Of a stretch of DNA of 64,000 bases, positions 1-9,701 are shown one piece after another. Each line of letters opens with the position of its first letter. Within the stretch, counting starts at the first letter, position 1. Where the stretch lies: NCBI GenBank assembly GCA_004764695.1, contig SMSO01000031.1:4688436-4752435 (forward strand). Direction: 5' to 3'. The DNA is from Schizochytrium sp. TIO01 (taxonomy: Eukaryota; Protista; Bigyra: Labyrinthulomycetes). Below the pieces are notes generated by a model. It ran no database searches, was not told where the DNA came from, and was given only the letters and a program-made list of their open reading frames with translations. The translations under genes and the position numbers were made by a program.

Positions 1-277
1 CAAACTTTTAAAGTTATTAATTTATAACAACATACATTTACCATCGAAGTCGCATTACTGAGTAACCTATTTAGTGATTCATTGTAGCTTCTTTATATGA
101 TATACCCTAACAATGTTTTTTTCTATTGCTTCCTTGGGGTATTATATATTAATTCACGATCAATCCCGTTTGGGAGCTTGCCACACGTTCGCTCGTTCGC
201 GCTTGGCCGCTTAATCAGGCAGGCCGGCAAGAAAGGGGACTAGGACAGTCAGTCGACAGGTAGACAGGCAGGCAAGC

Positions 278-1663
278 ATGGAAGCATCTCGCTCTGCGCT
301 GCTACCTGCAAATACCGCCGGCGGCTGCGGTCCCGGTGGTGGCGCCGTCGCCTCTCGTCTGACAGCCGTTCGCGATGCTTCTGTTCCCGAAGGCCAAGTT
401 CTCGTTGCTGCAGGTGTTCGCGATTGCCTCGTTGCCGCCCTTGCCAGCTTCCCTGATTCCCCTACCCGCGATACGTCTAACTCTTCCGATCCTCAGGATG
501 CCAAGGAGGATTCAGACTCGTCCTCCGCCAAGGTGCCGGTGCCTGCAACACTTGCCGACTCTATTTCGATTGAGCTGGGATGCTCTCCTCGTCGTGATCT
601 GACGAGTGTGTCTTCCTGCGGTTTTCTTGTTGCCGCGTCAGACTGTCGCGGCGGTGGTCTCGTTGCTCGCCTACCTTCCTCCATCTCCGATATTTCTGAC
701 ATCGTCGCTGCTCCCCTCTCACGGCATCTGCGTTCCTCCTCAGTTTCCTCAGAACCATCCTCAAAGAGGCCTCGTGTCGAGCTCGGTGCTTCTCTTCGTT
801 TCGCCCCTGGATCAAACTCTCTCATGCCAAGCTGGAGCCATGTGGCATTTCCTCGCATATCGAACTGCACTTCTGACTCTGCGTCGAACTCAGAGCCAGA
901 TTTCTTTGCGGTTTCGCACGGCCTCGGTCGCCTCACGCAGATTGTGGACGTAGTCTCTGGCCGCCAGAAAGTTTCAATGATACACTCCCAGGCGCCTGGT
1001 GGTCTGGTCTTTGTTGATCCGCACACCTTCGTAGCTTTGGAGTGGGGTTCCTTGTCTCTCTGGGATGTGCGTAGTGCAAAATGCGTGCGTCCTTCATCAC
1101 TCCCGGGTAACTCAGGGGGGGTGTTCCCCATCCCAGAGGAGCGGACTCCATGGTTGTGCGCTGATGTCAGCGAGGACGGGCTCGTGCTGGCGTTAGCAAA
1201 TGAATCGCGTACGGTTGCTGCGGTGGATCTAAGGTCGTGGAGAACCACGGCGACTTGGAGGGCGCCTATCAAGCACGAACCGGTAGCCGTGCGCCTTGCA
1301 GGCGCAGAGAACAGGTGCTTCGTGGCCGGCCGGGACCATGAACTCGTCGGATGTCGGTTAGAGGACATGGCACGCAAGAGTGGGGTTGCGACAGTATCCA
1401 AGAAGCAGAAGAAGCAGCAAAAAAATAAAATGGATGAGGATGACAATAATAACAGCAACAACGAGAATGTGCCGGAGGGTCCCAAGACGGTTACACCACA
1501 GTCAGTGCCTGTGGGGTCGCTACTCCACCAGAATCATCGTACGTTCCGCAGCGAGGCAACGTGGGCAGGTGTGGATCTCTGGCAGCCGAAGAACTCGGAG
1601 AGCACCAAGTTTGTCGGCTTGACAACCTCTGGCATCCTTTATGCAGGAAACTATTACTTTTGA
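278..1663 (+). CDS. WD40/beta-propeller-like protein with Ser-rich N-terminus
   Basis: 461-aa ATG-initiated ORF; WD-like blade endings LSLWDVRS and AAVDLRSW; repeated beta-strand pattern (WLCADVSEDGLVLALAN, CFVAGRDHEL). Confidence 0.6.
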   Translation: MEASRSALLPANTAGGCGPGGGAVASRLTAVRDASVPEGQVLVAAGVRDCLVAALASFPDSPTRDTSNSSDPQDAKEDSDSSSAKVPVPATLADSISIELGCSPRRDLTSVSSCGFLVAASDCRGGGLVARLPSSISDISDIVAAPLSRHLRSSSVSSEPSSKRPRVELGASLRFAPGSNSLMPSWSHVAFPRISNCTSDSASNSEPDFFAVSHGLGRLTQIVDVVSGRQKVSMIHSQAPGGLVFVDPHTFVALEWGSLSLWDVRSAKCVRPSSLPGNSGGVFPIPEERTPWLCADVSEDGLVLALANESRTVAAVDLRSWRTTATWRAPIKHEPVAVRLAGAENRCFVAGRDHELVGCRLEDMARKSGVATVSKKQKKQQKNKMDEDDNNNSNNENVPEGPKTVTPQSVPVGSLLHQNHRTFRSEATWAGVDLWQPKNSESTKFVGLTTSGILYAGNYYF

Positions 1664-3626
1664 GAACCAACTTCGCTAGGATTGCTGTGCCCACAATGCC
1701 AACTGCCAACTTTACATATATAGGTATGCTTGCAGCGCTGTAGTCCGAACTGGTGTCACTTGTTGTATCTGTCCCGCTGTCTGATCCCGAACCTGTTGAA
1801 GATGACGAACTATCTTTACCTTCGCGCAACTCCGCATAACATACATTATTTTCATCTGTTGAACTGTAGGGGTTAATCGCGGTAATATTGATTCCTAGTA
1901 CACTGCTTTCGTCACTACATAGGCTAGAAAATCTTAGGCCCGCTAATACGCTGTTGATGGCGGTCCGTGGTCCCCGAAGCCAAATTGACGAGGAACAACC
2001 GTGCTCCAAGCACAACGCCTGCGAAGTCCATGTTGAGCTATTGACATAGCGAAGAGACAGATAGTCTTCCAAAGCCACATCATAGAGTGCACTTACGGCC
2101 ACAGTGGCCTCTGCAAAATCCAGTGTCACATTACTGATTTGAGCACGTACATAAGCTTGTCCACATTCTGACACTGGGGCGAGCTTTACCAGCATGCTAA
2201 ATACATCAGCATTGTCATAAGGACGAATGCTGATCCCCGGGACATCCACGTATACGCCAAGGTCCTCCGGAGCAGATAACAAACTTGCATTAGGGCAATT
2301 GAAGCCATTCAGTGCTTGAGGACTAGCTCTTACATGGACTTTGGCGGACGCAGTCGTGGAGACTGTGGCCACACCAAATTCTGAGTCGTTCGCGATTACC
2401 TTAAATTGAAAGCCGATATCCTCAACACTAGCTATTTCTAAATCTTCGCTGCGACCAAATTCGCCTGCAGGTAACACATCAAAATAGTCCACGGAAGGAA
2501 GCTGAACAATAATCGAATCTCCAATAATTTCTTGAAAACCATCATTATTGTAATCCCATATTTCATTTTGATTTGTAAAATCAAATGCCCGACCGCCGTG
2601 CTGGTAAAGGCTTGAGACATTAACCCAGTATTGGTAATCTCTTGAGCGCACGCTCGCTTGCGTATCACTTATTCCTGTAGTGAGGTTCAATGTATAGTTA
2701 AGATAGCCTTGCGTCAATTGGAATTCGGTGTCATTAACTTGCAGGCCATCTATCAATGTAATCTCAACATTGCCATATTCAGGAGTGGTGGGAGCACCCC
2801 AGTAAATGTCACCCAAGACTAGCTCCCCCTCCAGAGTGTACTCCAGAACCTGAAACTGAAAGCTATCTTGGGTCGCATAAATCTCATCTTTGGTCCCATT
2901 TGATGCTGAAATGTAGCACACATACATTGATCCTTTGGGCGCAGAAAAAGAGTCATTGATTCCTTCCATGATTTCTAGGTTGGCCTGCTCTTCTTCATTT
3001 GTTGGGCATTTGTGCGCAAATAATCGACCCTGGAGAGAGTTCTTGGAAATTAAAATAACAGCCGTGCCAAGAGAGAAATCCTCTTCATCTGTGCTTTGTA
3101 GGTGTATAAGGGTGGCTTGCATTCGATGAATACTAAGATCCATGGAGATGGGAACTGGCGCATCTTCTTCGTCGACTACGCATACGTATACTCGTATCGT
3201 ATCATTTGTACGCTGAAGATAAATTCTTTCCAGTTGGAATTCATCTGAGGCGACATCTAAGGTACAGTTTTCTGTTGAGCCCTGCGAAAGCTGCGGAGCA
3301 CTTGTGCTTGTGCGGCGATATGCAACGTAGTCACTATCAACTGTTATGGACACAACTTTGGAAAACTTCACAAAGCTAGATGTTTCGTAGTAAAATTTCC
3401 ACAATTCACCAAACTCGGGCGCCTCGGCGATATAGAGACTTGTTTCCTCAGCATAATATGATGCTCCCTCATGAGAGGCACTCCAGGCCGAGGCAATCGT
3501 AGGGAAAATGTTCTGCGGTGTAAATTGAGGTACACGTATAAAGACCTCAGTTTCAATGGATTCTGTACGAATGGTGAAAACGGCCAGACTAATCAAACAC
3601 AGAGTTTGCACACTCTGTTGAATCAT
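1491..3626 (-). CDS. Secreted single-pass (type I) membrane protein with cadherin/Ig-like beta-rich ectodomain
   Basis: 711-aa ORF; N-terminal hydrophobic stretch (LCLISLAVFTI); acidic beta-rich ectodomain with IWLRGPRTAINSVLAGLRF motif; Ser/Thr/Asp linker; TM helix IYVKLAVGIVGTAILAKLVL followed by basic residues. Confidence 0.65.
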   Translation of the reverse strand: MIQQSVQTLCLISLAVFTIRTESIETEVFIRVPQFTPQNIFPTIASAWSASHEGASYYAEETSLYIAEAPEFGELWKFYYETSSFVKFSKVVSITVDSDYVAYRRTSTSAPQLSQGSTENCTLDVASDEFQLERIYLQRTNDTIRVYVCVVDEEDAPVPISMDLSIHRMQATLIHLQSTDEEDFSLGTAVILISKNSLQGRLFAHKCPTNEEEQANLEIMEGINDSFSAPKGSMYVCYISASNGTKDEIYATQDSFQFQVLEYTLEGELVLGDIYWGAPTTPEYGNVEITLIDGLQVNDTEFQLTQGYLNYTLNLTTGISDTQASVRSRDYQYWVNVSSLYQHGGRAFDFTNQNEIWDYNNDGFQEIIGDSIIVQLPSVDYFDVLPAGEFGRSEDLEIASVEDIGFQFKVIANDSEFGVATVSTTASAKVHVRASPQALNGFNCPNASLLSAPEDLGVYVDVPGISIRPYDNADVFSMLVKLAPVSECGQAYVRAQISNVTLDFAEATVAVSALYDVALEDYLSLRYVNSSTWTSQALCLEHGCSSSIWLRGPRTAINSVLAGLRFSSLCSDESSVLGINITAINPYSSTDENNVCYAELREGKDSSSSSTGSGSDSGTDTTSDTSSDYSAASIPIYVKLAVGIVGTAILAKLVLKSNSFLHKGCQRLSSRQTWCSPSSSAARDPHLPTLPRCGTYDDSGGVATPQALTVV

Positions 3627-3635
3627 CTTGTCAGC

Positions 3636-4726
3636 TCAAAACGCTGCCGCAGACGCTGTGTTGATAAAAAGGGCCAAACGTCGAAAAATTTCTTTTGTCT
3701 CCTTGACTTCAAGATTGTTATGGCCACCTTCTAAAACCCAGAACGGGGTGAACCTGTTTTGGTTTTACTCTCATTGATTCATTAAGTTAGTTTTCTGATA
3801 AATGCATAGATAATTTTTTTCAATATGATATCCTGAAACGTACCTGAATTTCTTCTGGGTTGCGAGGTATAACTCCTGCCCATGCCAGAATGGCACAATT
3901 TCATCTTTGGTTCCATGCATAATAAAGATTGGGCTATTGATGTGACCAATGTGATCGATATTGCAAAACTTATCCCCTGGAAGAGAGAAACGAAAGTGAA
4001 AAGCAACACGATACACTGACATGAGTGGACTTTGTAAAATGACACCACAGACCGGTTTACCTGTGAGAGACGCGAACATTTTGTTGAAGTGTTCCAGTCA
4101 GTAACCATTAGCTTTCATATGGGGACTTATTTTCACTTTCATTCTTGTAAACGCGTTATAAAGATAAATTTCAATTCCTAAAGACTGTTGATCGTTCCAT
4201 TGCAAAATCCTCACTATAGGTTTGCAGACCTTTCGCCTTCGCCCAAACGCGTGGCGGTTTAAAATTAAAAAATTTGATGCGCATGTGTAATCTTATAAAA
4301 CTTACCAGCTTCAGATTGTTTCCTTGCGAGATAGCATGTCGGGCCGGATCCAAGACTGCGGCCCCAAAGGAATATACGTCGTGCAGGAATCCCTTTGACT
4401 AGTGTGAGGAAATCAAATGCGGCTTCACAATCTGCATAGCAATCCTTTTCTGATGGAGGTAAATCATTATTTCCGTAGCCTGTATAATCATAGGCCAGTA
4501 CATTGACACGAAGTAACCGTCCGACTTCATTAAACCACGGATAGATAAGTCCAATATCTTCTGCATTTCCATGACTGAACATAATCGTGTATGGGGCTCC
4601 ATAATCGATAAAAAAGGCACTGATGGTGCTGCCCCGCGTGGTATGAAGTTTAAAGAATCTCGTGTCATACCTTGTATAGGTGGGCGTGGGGGGCTGAAAT
4701 AGAAGTGTAGAGATGCTGGCGCCCAT
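3636..4726 (-). CDS. ABHD17: ABHD17-like alpha/beta hydrolase (depalmitoylase family), 3 exons: 4726-4306, 4060-3844, 3753-3636; 251 aa
   Basis: Motifs FSHGNAEDIG, YDYTGYG, nucleophile elbow GRSLGSG, HGTKDEIVP (Asp), GGHNNLE (His). Introns 4305-4061 (GTAAG..CAG) and 3843-3754 (GTACG..CAG) restore the frame. N-terminus MGASIS fits myristoylation. Confidence 0.9.
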
Positions 4727-6559
4727 TTTAAAATAAGCGGCAGCCAATCAATTCGCAAGCTCTCAAACTCAAGCCTTTGAGCTGTGACAATAATAAGGGG
4801 GTCACCTCAAGATGCTCCGCCTCCTTTTTTTATTCTTCTTACTGCGAAGTCCAATCCCGTTGTTGGCAGCGAAAATAAAATTGAAGGGCACTAGTAGAGA
4901 GCGTCCTCAGCTATGCGAGTCTTGAAGAAGCTTCTTTCGCATCCAAGAAAGCTAGAGAAGCCACTAGCTGTGAGGGAGAGTATGCATGACCCAGGTTTGC
5001 TGCCCTTTCTTGCTTGGAATGCAGGCTTCTTTGATTTTTTTTTTTTTCAGTTGCTAGGACCTACCTATGCATACAGTAATATGTATATGTATGTACAATT
5101 ATGATGCAGAATTTAGCAAGATCACCCAAATTCCATCATGGCATATCTCATCATGCTATTACCGGGTAAGGAATGATCGCATGACATTCAAGAAACGTGT
5201 ATCGTTTGATAAGAAGCTCTTGCCTAAGTGGTCATCAATGTATCGACGCCATAATCAAGTGTATTGTAGTAGGGGGATTAGAGTTTGCGGCTCTGAGTGA
5301 TCTGTAATTAAGATCTTTGCAGAAACGCTAGAGATGCCATTGGCAAGATGGTGCGAAAGGGAATTTGATATGACGAGATGCCATCGTTGTCAGGTACTTA
5401 CTCTAACAAAGCTGTTAAAGTTAGTATCAGGCGGGGTACTTTGTACTAGCTGTTGCAAGAGGTGACTCAAGTGCGCAATTAGCTTTTAAGTGAAGATCAA
5501 AGCCAAGGAAAATGACATCCCCAGACTAAATTTGAAAGCTGCTTTGCAACAGTATACCCTAGATCGAACAAAATACGAACTACAAAACACTATATGCCTC
5601 ATCACCTTATAGTTCGGGTAACTACAACCTGTTTTAGTAAAAGCATTCAGTCATTTGTATACAACAGGACCAACTAGCTCTCCCAAGGCAATCAAAACGT
5701 GGGGAAGGTCATGCAAAGGGAGCTTCTAGCCTGGGAAAAGGTGAAGAAGGCACTGCTACTATCCTCAGAATTTGCGTTCTCACCCCTTATTGCCGATCTT
5801 TGTGCTCCATTAATAGTTGCATTCACTCGCTTCTTGAGTACCTTCAGGTTACGCATCGGTTCCGTACAGGATCTGAGTCTCTTTCACACGGAGGGAAAAA
5901 GAAAGAAAGAAATGCCAAAGAAAAGTAGAACTTTATTTCGCTTCCCAAGATAAACAAACTTTTGACTTTGACGTGCACAAGAAACAACACGTACAAAAGA
6001 CGTTCTCTACCTATATCTCGTGATGATAAAGGCTTGTGAATATAATAAAAGAGACTCGGGAAAATCTCTAGAGGAAGAAAGGATGAGAATAGAAAAGAAA
6101 CTTAAAGAACACGAATTAAAATGCCAAGGTAACATGAAAATAAGAGAGAAGGCAAGGAATGTAATAAACGAAAGCAGAAAATAAAAATGGATCAAAGAAG
6201 TGACAGCGGAGCTACTGCAAATCCGCTCGCTCACGACCTGAAAGCCGCACAGTAACGCGGTCTGCACGCATACTGGTTAAACCACCAGCTTTTGCCAGCC
6301 TAAGTGCTTTGCCTTCTCTGATCGAGCTCTGAACGGTACGGATCTGCAGGACAACGGCCCGGCCGAGCCTGCATCATTCCCGTCTCGGCGCTCGGCGTGA
6401 AGAAGGACTTTGACGCAAGTTATCATCGCCAATATCATCCGTGTGCAAAGTTTTCGTGCTCTTTGAGGGGCTTCGTACAAGCTTGTTGAGATCCTCAGTG
6501 TTCACATTCTCAACTGCATCGGCAATTTCCATTGCGAAGGATATTTTGGAGACTCAGCA

Positions 6560-9103
6560 ATGTCAGAGAACTTAAGAACTCCGACGCGACTTCGACCTCC
6601 AACAAACCGTAGCAGTGCGTGGAGCTCTCCGACTGTAAAATCTGAGAAAGGTCAATTGGGGACCTCTGGCTCGGCAGGCCCTGACAAATTTAGCGCGTTG
6701 GAGACGGGTTCTTCATCGACCTTGACCTCGCTCGCGTCAGTGAGCACAAAGTCACATCAAAAAGTTGCACATCACGAACATCACGATCATCATGAACTTG
6801 AACATGAGAGTATCAAAGTTTGCGTAAGGTTTCGTCCTGTGAATACTCGTGAGCGAAAGGCCTCTGGGGCCTCCAACGAACTCGCTGTGGCTGGAATTGA
6901 GGCACCAGATGTAGCCCCCTGGAGCTGGAACAAGCATAGTGTACTTGCATTGTTTCCCATCACGCGCGGTGAGAGATCTCGCCAAAGAACGAGGGAGCGA
7001 TATGGAGATGCTGCAGGTGTTTCACATAATAGCACAACAGGCGCGGATGGCTCAGGCCAATTTATTTTTGATAGGGTCTTTGGCATCGAGGAGTCTAATG
7101 CCACGCTTTATGAGGAGATTATGCAAGACCTTGTAAAGTCGTCTATGGAGGGCAAGCACTGTGCAGCATTTGCATTTGGACCAACATCCACAGGCAAGAC
7201 ATTCTCAATGCAAGGAACAGCAGAACATCCAGGCGTGATTCCGCGGGCTGTGCATGACGTTTTCGCGTATGTAAGCGAACATCAGACTCGTGAATTTCTA
7301 CTCCGTGCTTCTTATATGGAAGTGTACAATGAAAGCATCAATGATCTCTTCGAGCCAGCATCAACAAATCTGAAAGTATTTGAGGACCCGCGTCGTGGAC
7401 CGCAGGTTCAAGGCCTCGAAGAGAAAATTGTAGTTTCTCCGGACCAAGTTTTTGCCCTCATTTCTGCTGGCGAAGCGCAACGCAAGGTTGGTTGCACGGA
7501 CTACAACAAGCAGAGTTCAAGGTCACACACGATCTTCCGCCTGGTTATTGAAAGTAAAGCCAAGACAAACGCGGATAGTGAAACCGCGCGATCTGCACGT
7601 GTAGCAACGCTCAATCTTGTCGACTTAGCTGGTAGTGAAAGTGCACAAAACGTGCAAAATAAGGTGCGGCGTCAGGAAGGTTCCCACATTAACAAGTCCC
7701 TCCTTACGTTGACCAATATCATCTACAAACTTAGTGATGGCGCAGCGCAAAAGGGACAGCATATACCTTACCGCGATTCCAAATTAACTAGGATTTTGCA
7801 GGCCTCCTTGCAGGGGAACTCCAGAGTATCCATTGTTTGTACTTGTACACCTTGGGAGGGTGCACGTGAGGAAACCTTGAGTACTCTCCGCTTTGCCACG
7901 CGTGCGAAAAAGGTTTCTCGAACCGTGCAAGTAAATGAGGTACTAGATGAGCGCGCACTACTTCTACAATACAAGCGAGAGATTGCTGAGCTTCGCCGGA
8001 AACTTGCTGATGCTGAGCGCCGCACTATCAACGACAATGATGCAGATAGCGCGAGTGAATCGGAGCCTCCAACGCCAACCCCTCCTTCGCCATCAACTCC
8101 GGTAACTCCTGGTCGCGTTTTTGCAGACTTTTCTTTGACACCTGTCAGTAATGCGCCAAAATCATCCAAGTCGCGAGAGGAGAAAATACGCGCTCAAATT
8201 GACGCTGCAATCGCAAATCTGAATCGCGTTATTCTAAACTCTTCGACAATGGGACCTCTGTCTGGCGGGATGCGATCTCGCAGCGGGTCTCTGGAGAATG
8301 ATGGCGATTCTGTTCTGTTAGATAATCCCCCCGGATTGCTTTCCGAGGATGGTGCTGATGGCGACGAATTAGAGAGCCACCAGCGTGGACAAACCCCGTT
8401 TTTCCGCCGAATCTCTTCGCTCGACCGTGTCATTGGCGAAGATGTCAATCGGACGCGTATGCTCCGTTCGCGCAGCGAGGGCTCTGCTCACGAAGAAGTT
8501 TCTGCAGTTGATTCGGCCCGTGAAAATCTCGAGGCGCGTATGCGTTCACTGAGCGATCGTGTTTCAGTTAGCTCAAAGGGTGATACAGAGGGTGAGGAAC
8601 CTTTGCCAAGTCCTCCACGATCCTCATCTAGATTGAAAAAGAGACATTCTATTACTGCAGAGCTTCGAAGCATTCGAGAACAGCTCGCAAATCTTTTGAC
8701 TGGTAGTGGTGACTTGGATGAGGACCACAACATCGCGCACAACAACCAGCAACAATTGCAAAGTGAAGATAACGAACATACTCGCAAAGCTGGATCTACT
8801 ACAGGGGTAGTATCTTTGGACGACATTCCAGAGCAGACCAAGGCATATGTGCAGCAACTTGAAGCCCGTGTAAACGAGCTCGAGGGTCAGGTGCGCAAGT
8901 ATGCTCTTGAACAATCTGTTACACGCGCAGATCGCTCCTTTTTAGAAAGTATGCTTCGCGAAAAGGACGCGACAATTGCGGAGTGGTCCAATGAGATCCA
9001 AGTTATAGAGCAGCGCCAGAAAGAGCTAGAGGAAGAGAACTTTCTTTTGCAGGAGAGAATTTGTACGCTCGAAGCTCAGGCATCTGCCAACGGCAAGCAG
9101 TAG
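6560..9103 (+). CDS. Kinesin motor protein, kinesin-7 (CENP-E-like) subfamily likely
   Basis: IKVCVRFRP, FIFDRVF, P-loop GPTSTGKT, switch I SSRSH, switch II DLAGSE, HIPYRDSKLTRILQ; neck LLLQYKREIAELRRKL typical of kinesin-7; C-terminal coiled coil. Confidence 0.9.
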   Translation: MSENLRTPTRLRPPTNRSSAWSSPTVKSEKGQLGTSGSAGPDKFSALETGSSSTLTSLASVSTKSHQKVAHHEHHDHHELEHESIKVCVRFRPVNTRERKASGASNELAVAGIEAPDVAPWSWNKHSVLALFPITRGERSRQRTRERYGDAAGVSHNSTTGADGSGQFIFDRVFGIEESNATLYEEIMQDLVKSSMEGKHCAAFAFGPTSTGKTFSMQGTAEHPGVIPRAVHDVFAYVSEHQTREFLLRASYMEVYNESINDLFEPASTNLKVFEDPRRGPQVQGLEEKIVVSPDQVFALISAGEAQRKVGCTDYNKQSSRSHTIFRLVIESKAKTNADSETARSARVATLNLVDLAGSESAQNVQNKVRRQEGSHINKSLLTLTNIIYKLSDGAAQKGQHIPYRDSKLTRILQASLQGNSRVSIVCTCTPWEGAREETLSTLRFATRAKKVSRTVQVNEVLDERALLLQYKREIAELRRKLADAERRTINDNDADSASESEPPTPTPPSPSTPVTPGRVFADFSLTPVSNAPKSSKSREEKIRAQIDAAIANLNRVILNSSTMGPLSGGMRSRSGSLENDGDSVLLDNPPGLLSEDGADGDELESHQRGQTPFFRRISSLDRVIGEDVNRTRMLRSRSEGSAHEEVSAVDSARENLEARMRSLSDRVSVSSKGDTEGEEPLPSPPRSSSRLKKRHSITAELRSIREQLANLLTGSGDLDEDHNIAHNNQQQLQSEDNEHTRKAGSTTGVVSLDDIPEQTKAYVQQLEARVNELEGQVRKYALEQSVTRADRSFLESMLREKDATIAEWSNEIQVIEQRQKELEEENFLLQERICTLEAQASANGKQ

Positions 9104-9701
9104 ATCTTAATAATCCAGACACAATTTTCATCTTTATGGTGCTCAAGTTTGCTTTTCAACACCATTTGCCTGAACCACGTGTTTTGCTTTCCTTTGAAGC
9201 ATATGCATTGGCAATAGAGCGTATTTATATCACATGCAAAGCGTTGAGCTAATGTTCTATTTCTCCCCGACGACTTGGCTCTGTTATTTTGAATCAAATG
9301 TCACACTATCATCATATTTTTGTCGCAACCCATGCTTACAATCCCATCCGCAGTGCATTGAAGTTACTTGCAAGTGTTCCATCCCTAAACTAAACTTGCC
9401 ACATCCAAAGTCCCGTCCCCAGCCAGACAGCGCGGAGGTCAAACTGGACTCGACGGGTCCTGCTCATTTAACTAGTCTAAACTATAGTACTTCAGGTACT
9501 TCCAAAGTTCTTGTTATTCTGAAGTACACAGAATCAATCGTACATGAACCCAAACCAGAGCAAGCTTTACAAGACGTGATTGAGTGCAGGTCACTGTATG
9601 TTGCTGTGCGCAACCCTTTGTGGCACGGGGAGTCCTAAGGTAGACTCTGAAGAGCTTACGCGCAGACTCCTTTGCTAGATCCGGAGGTTGATCGTGCTAG
9701 A

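Noticed and set aside
3636-3638. Selenocysteine at the ABHD17 TGA
   Set aside because: It is not a catalytic or Cys-homologous position, the hydrolase domain is already complete, and no SECIS was recognised.
9234-9701. ORF 9234-9638 as an upstream exon of the 9702 gene
   Set aside because: It is in the same frame but two stops intervene, and the candidate introns ending at CAG 9665 give the wrong phase.
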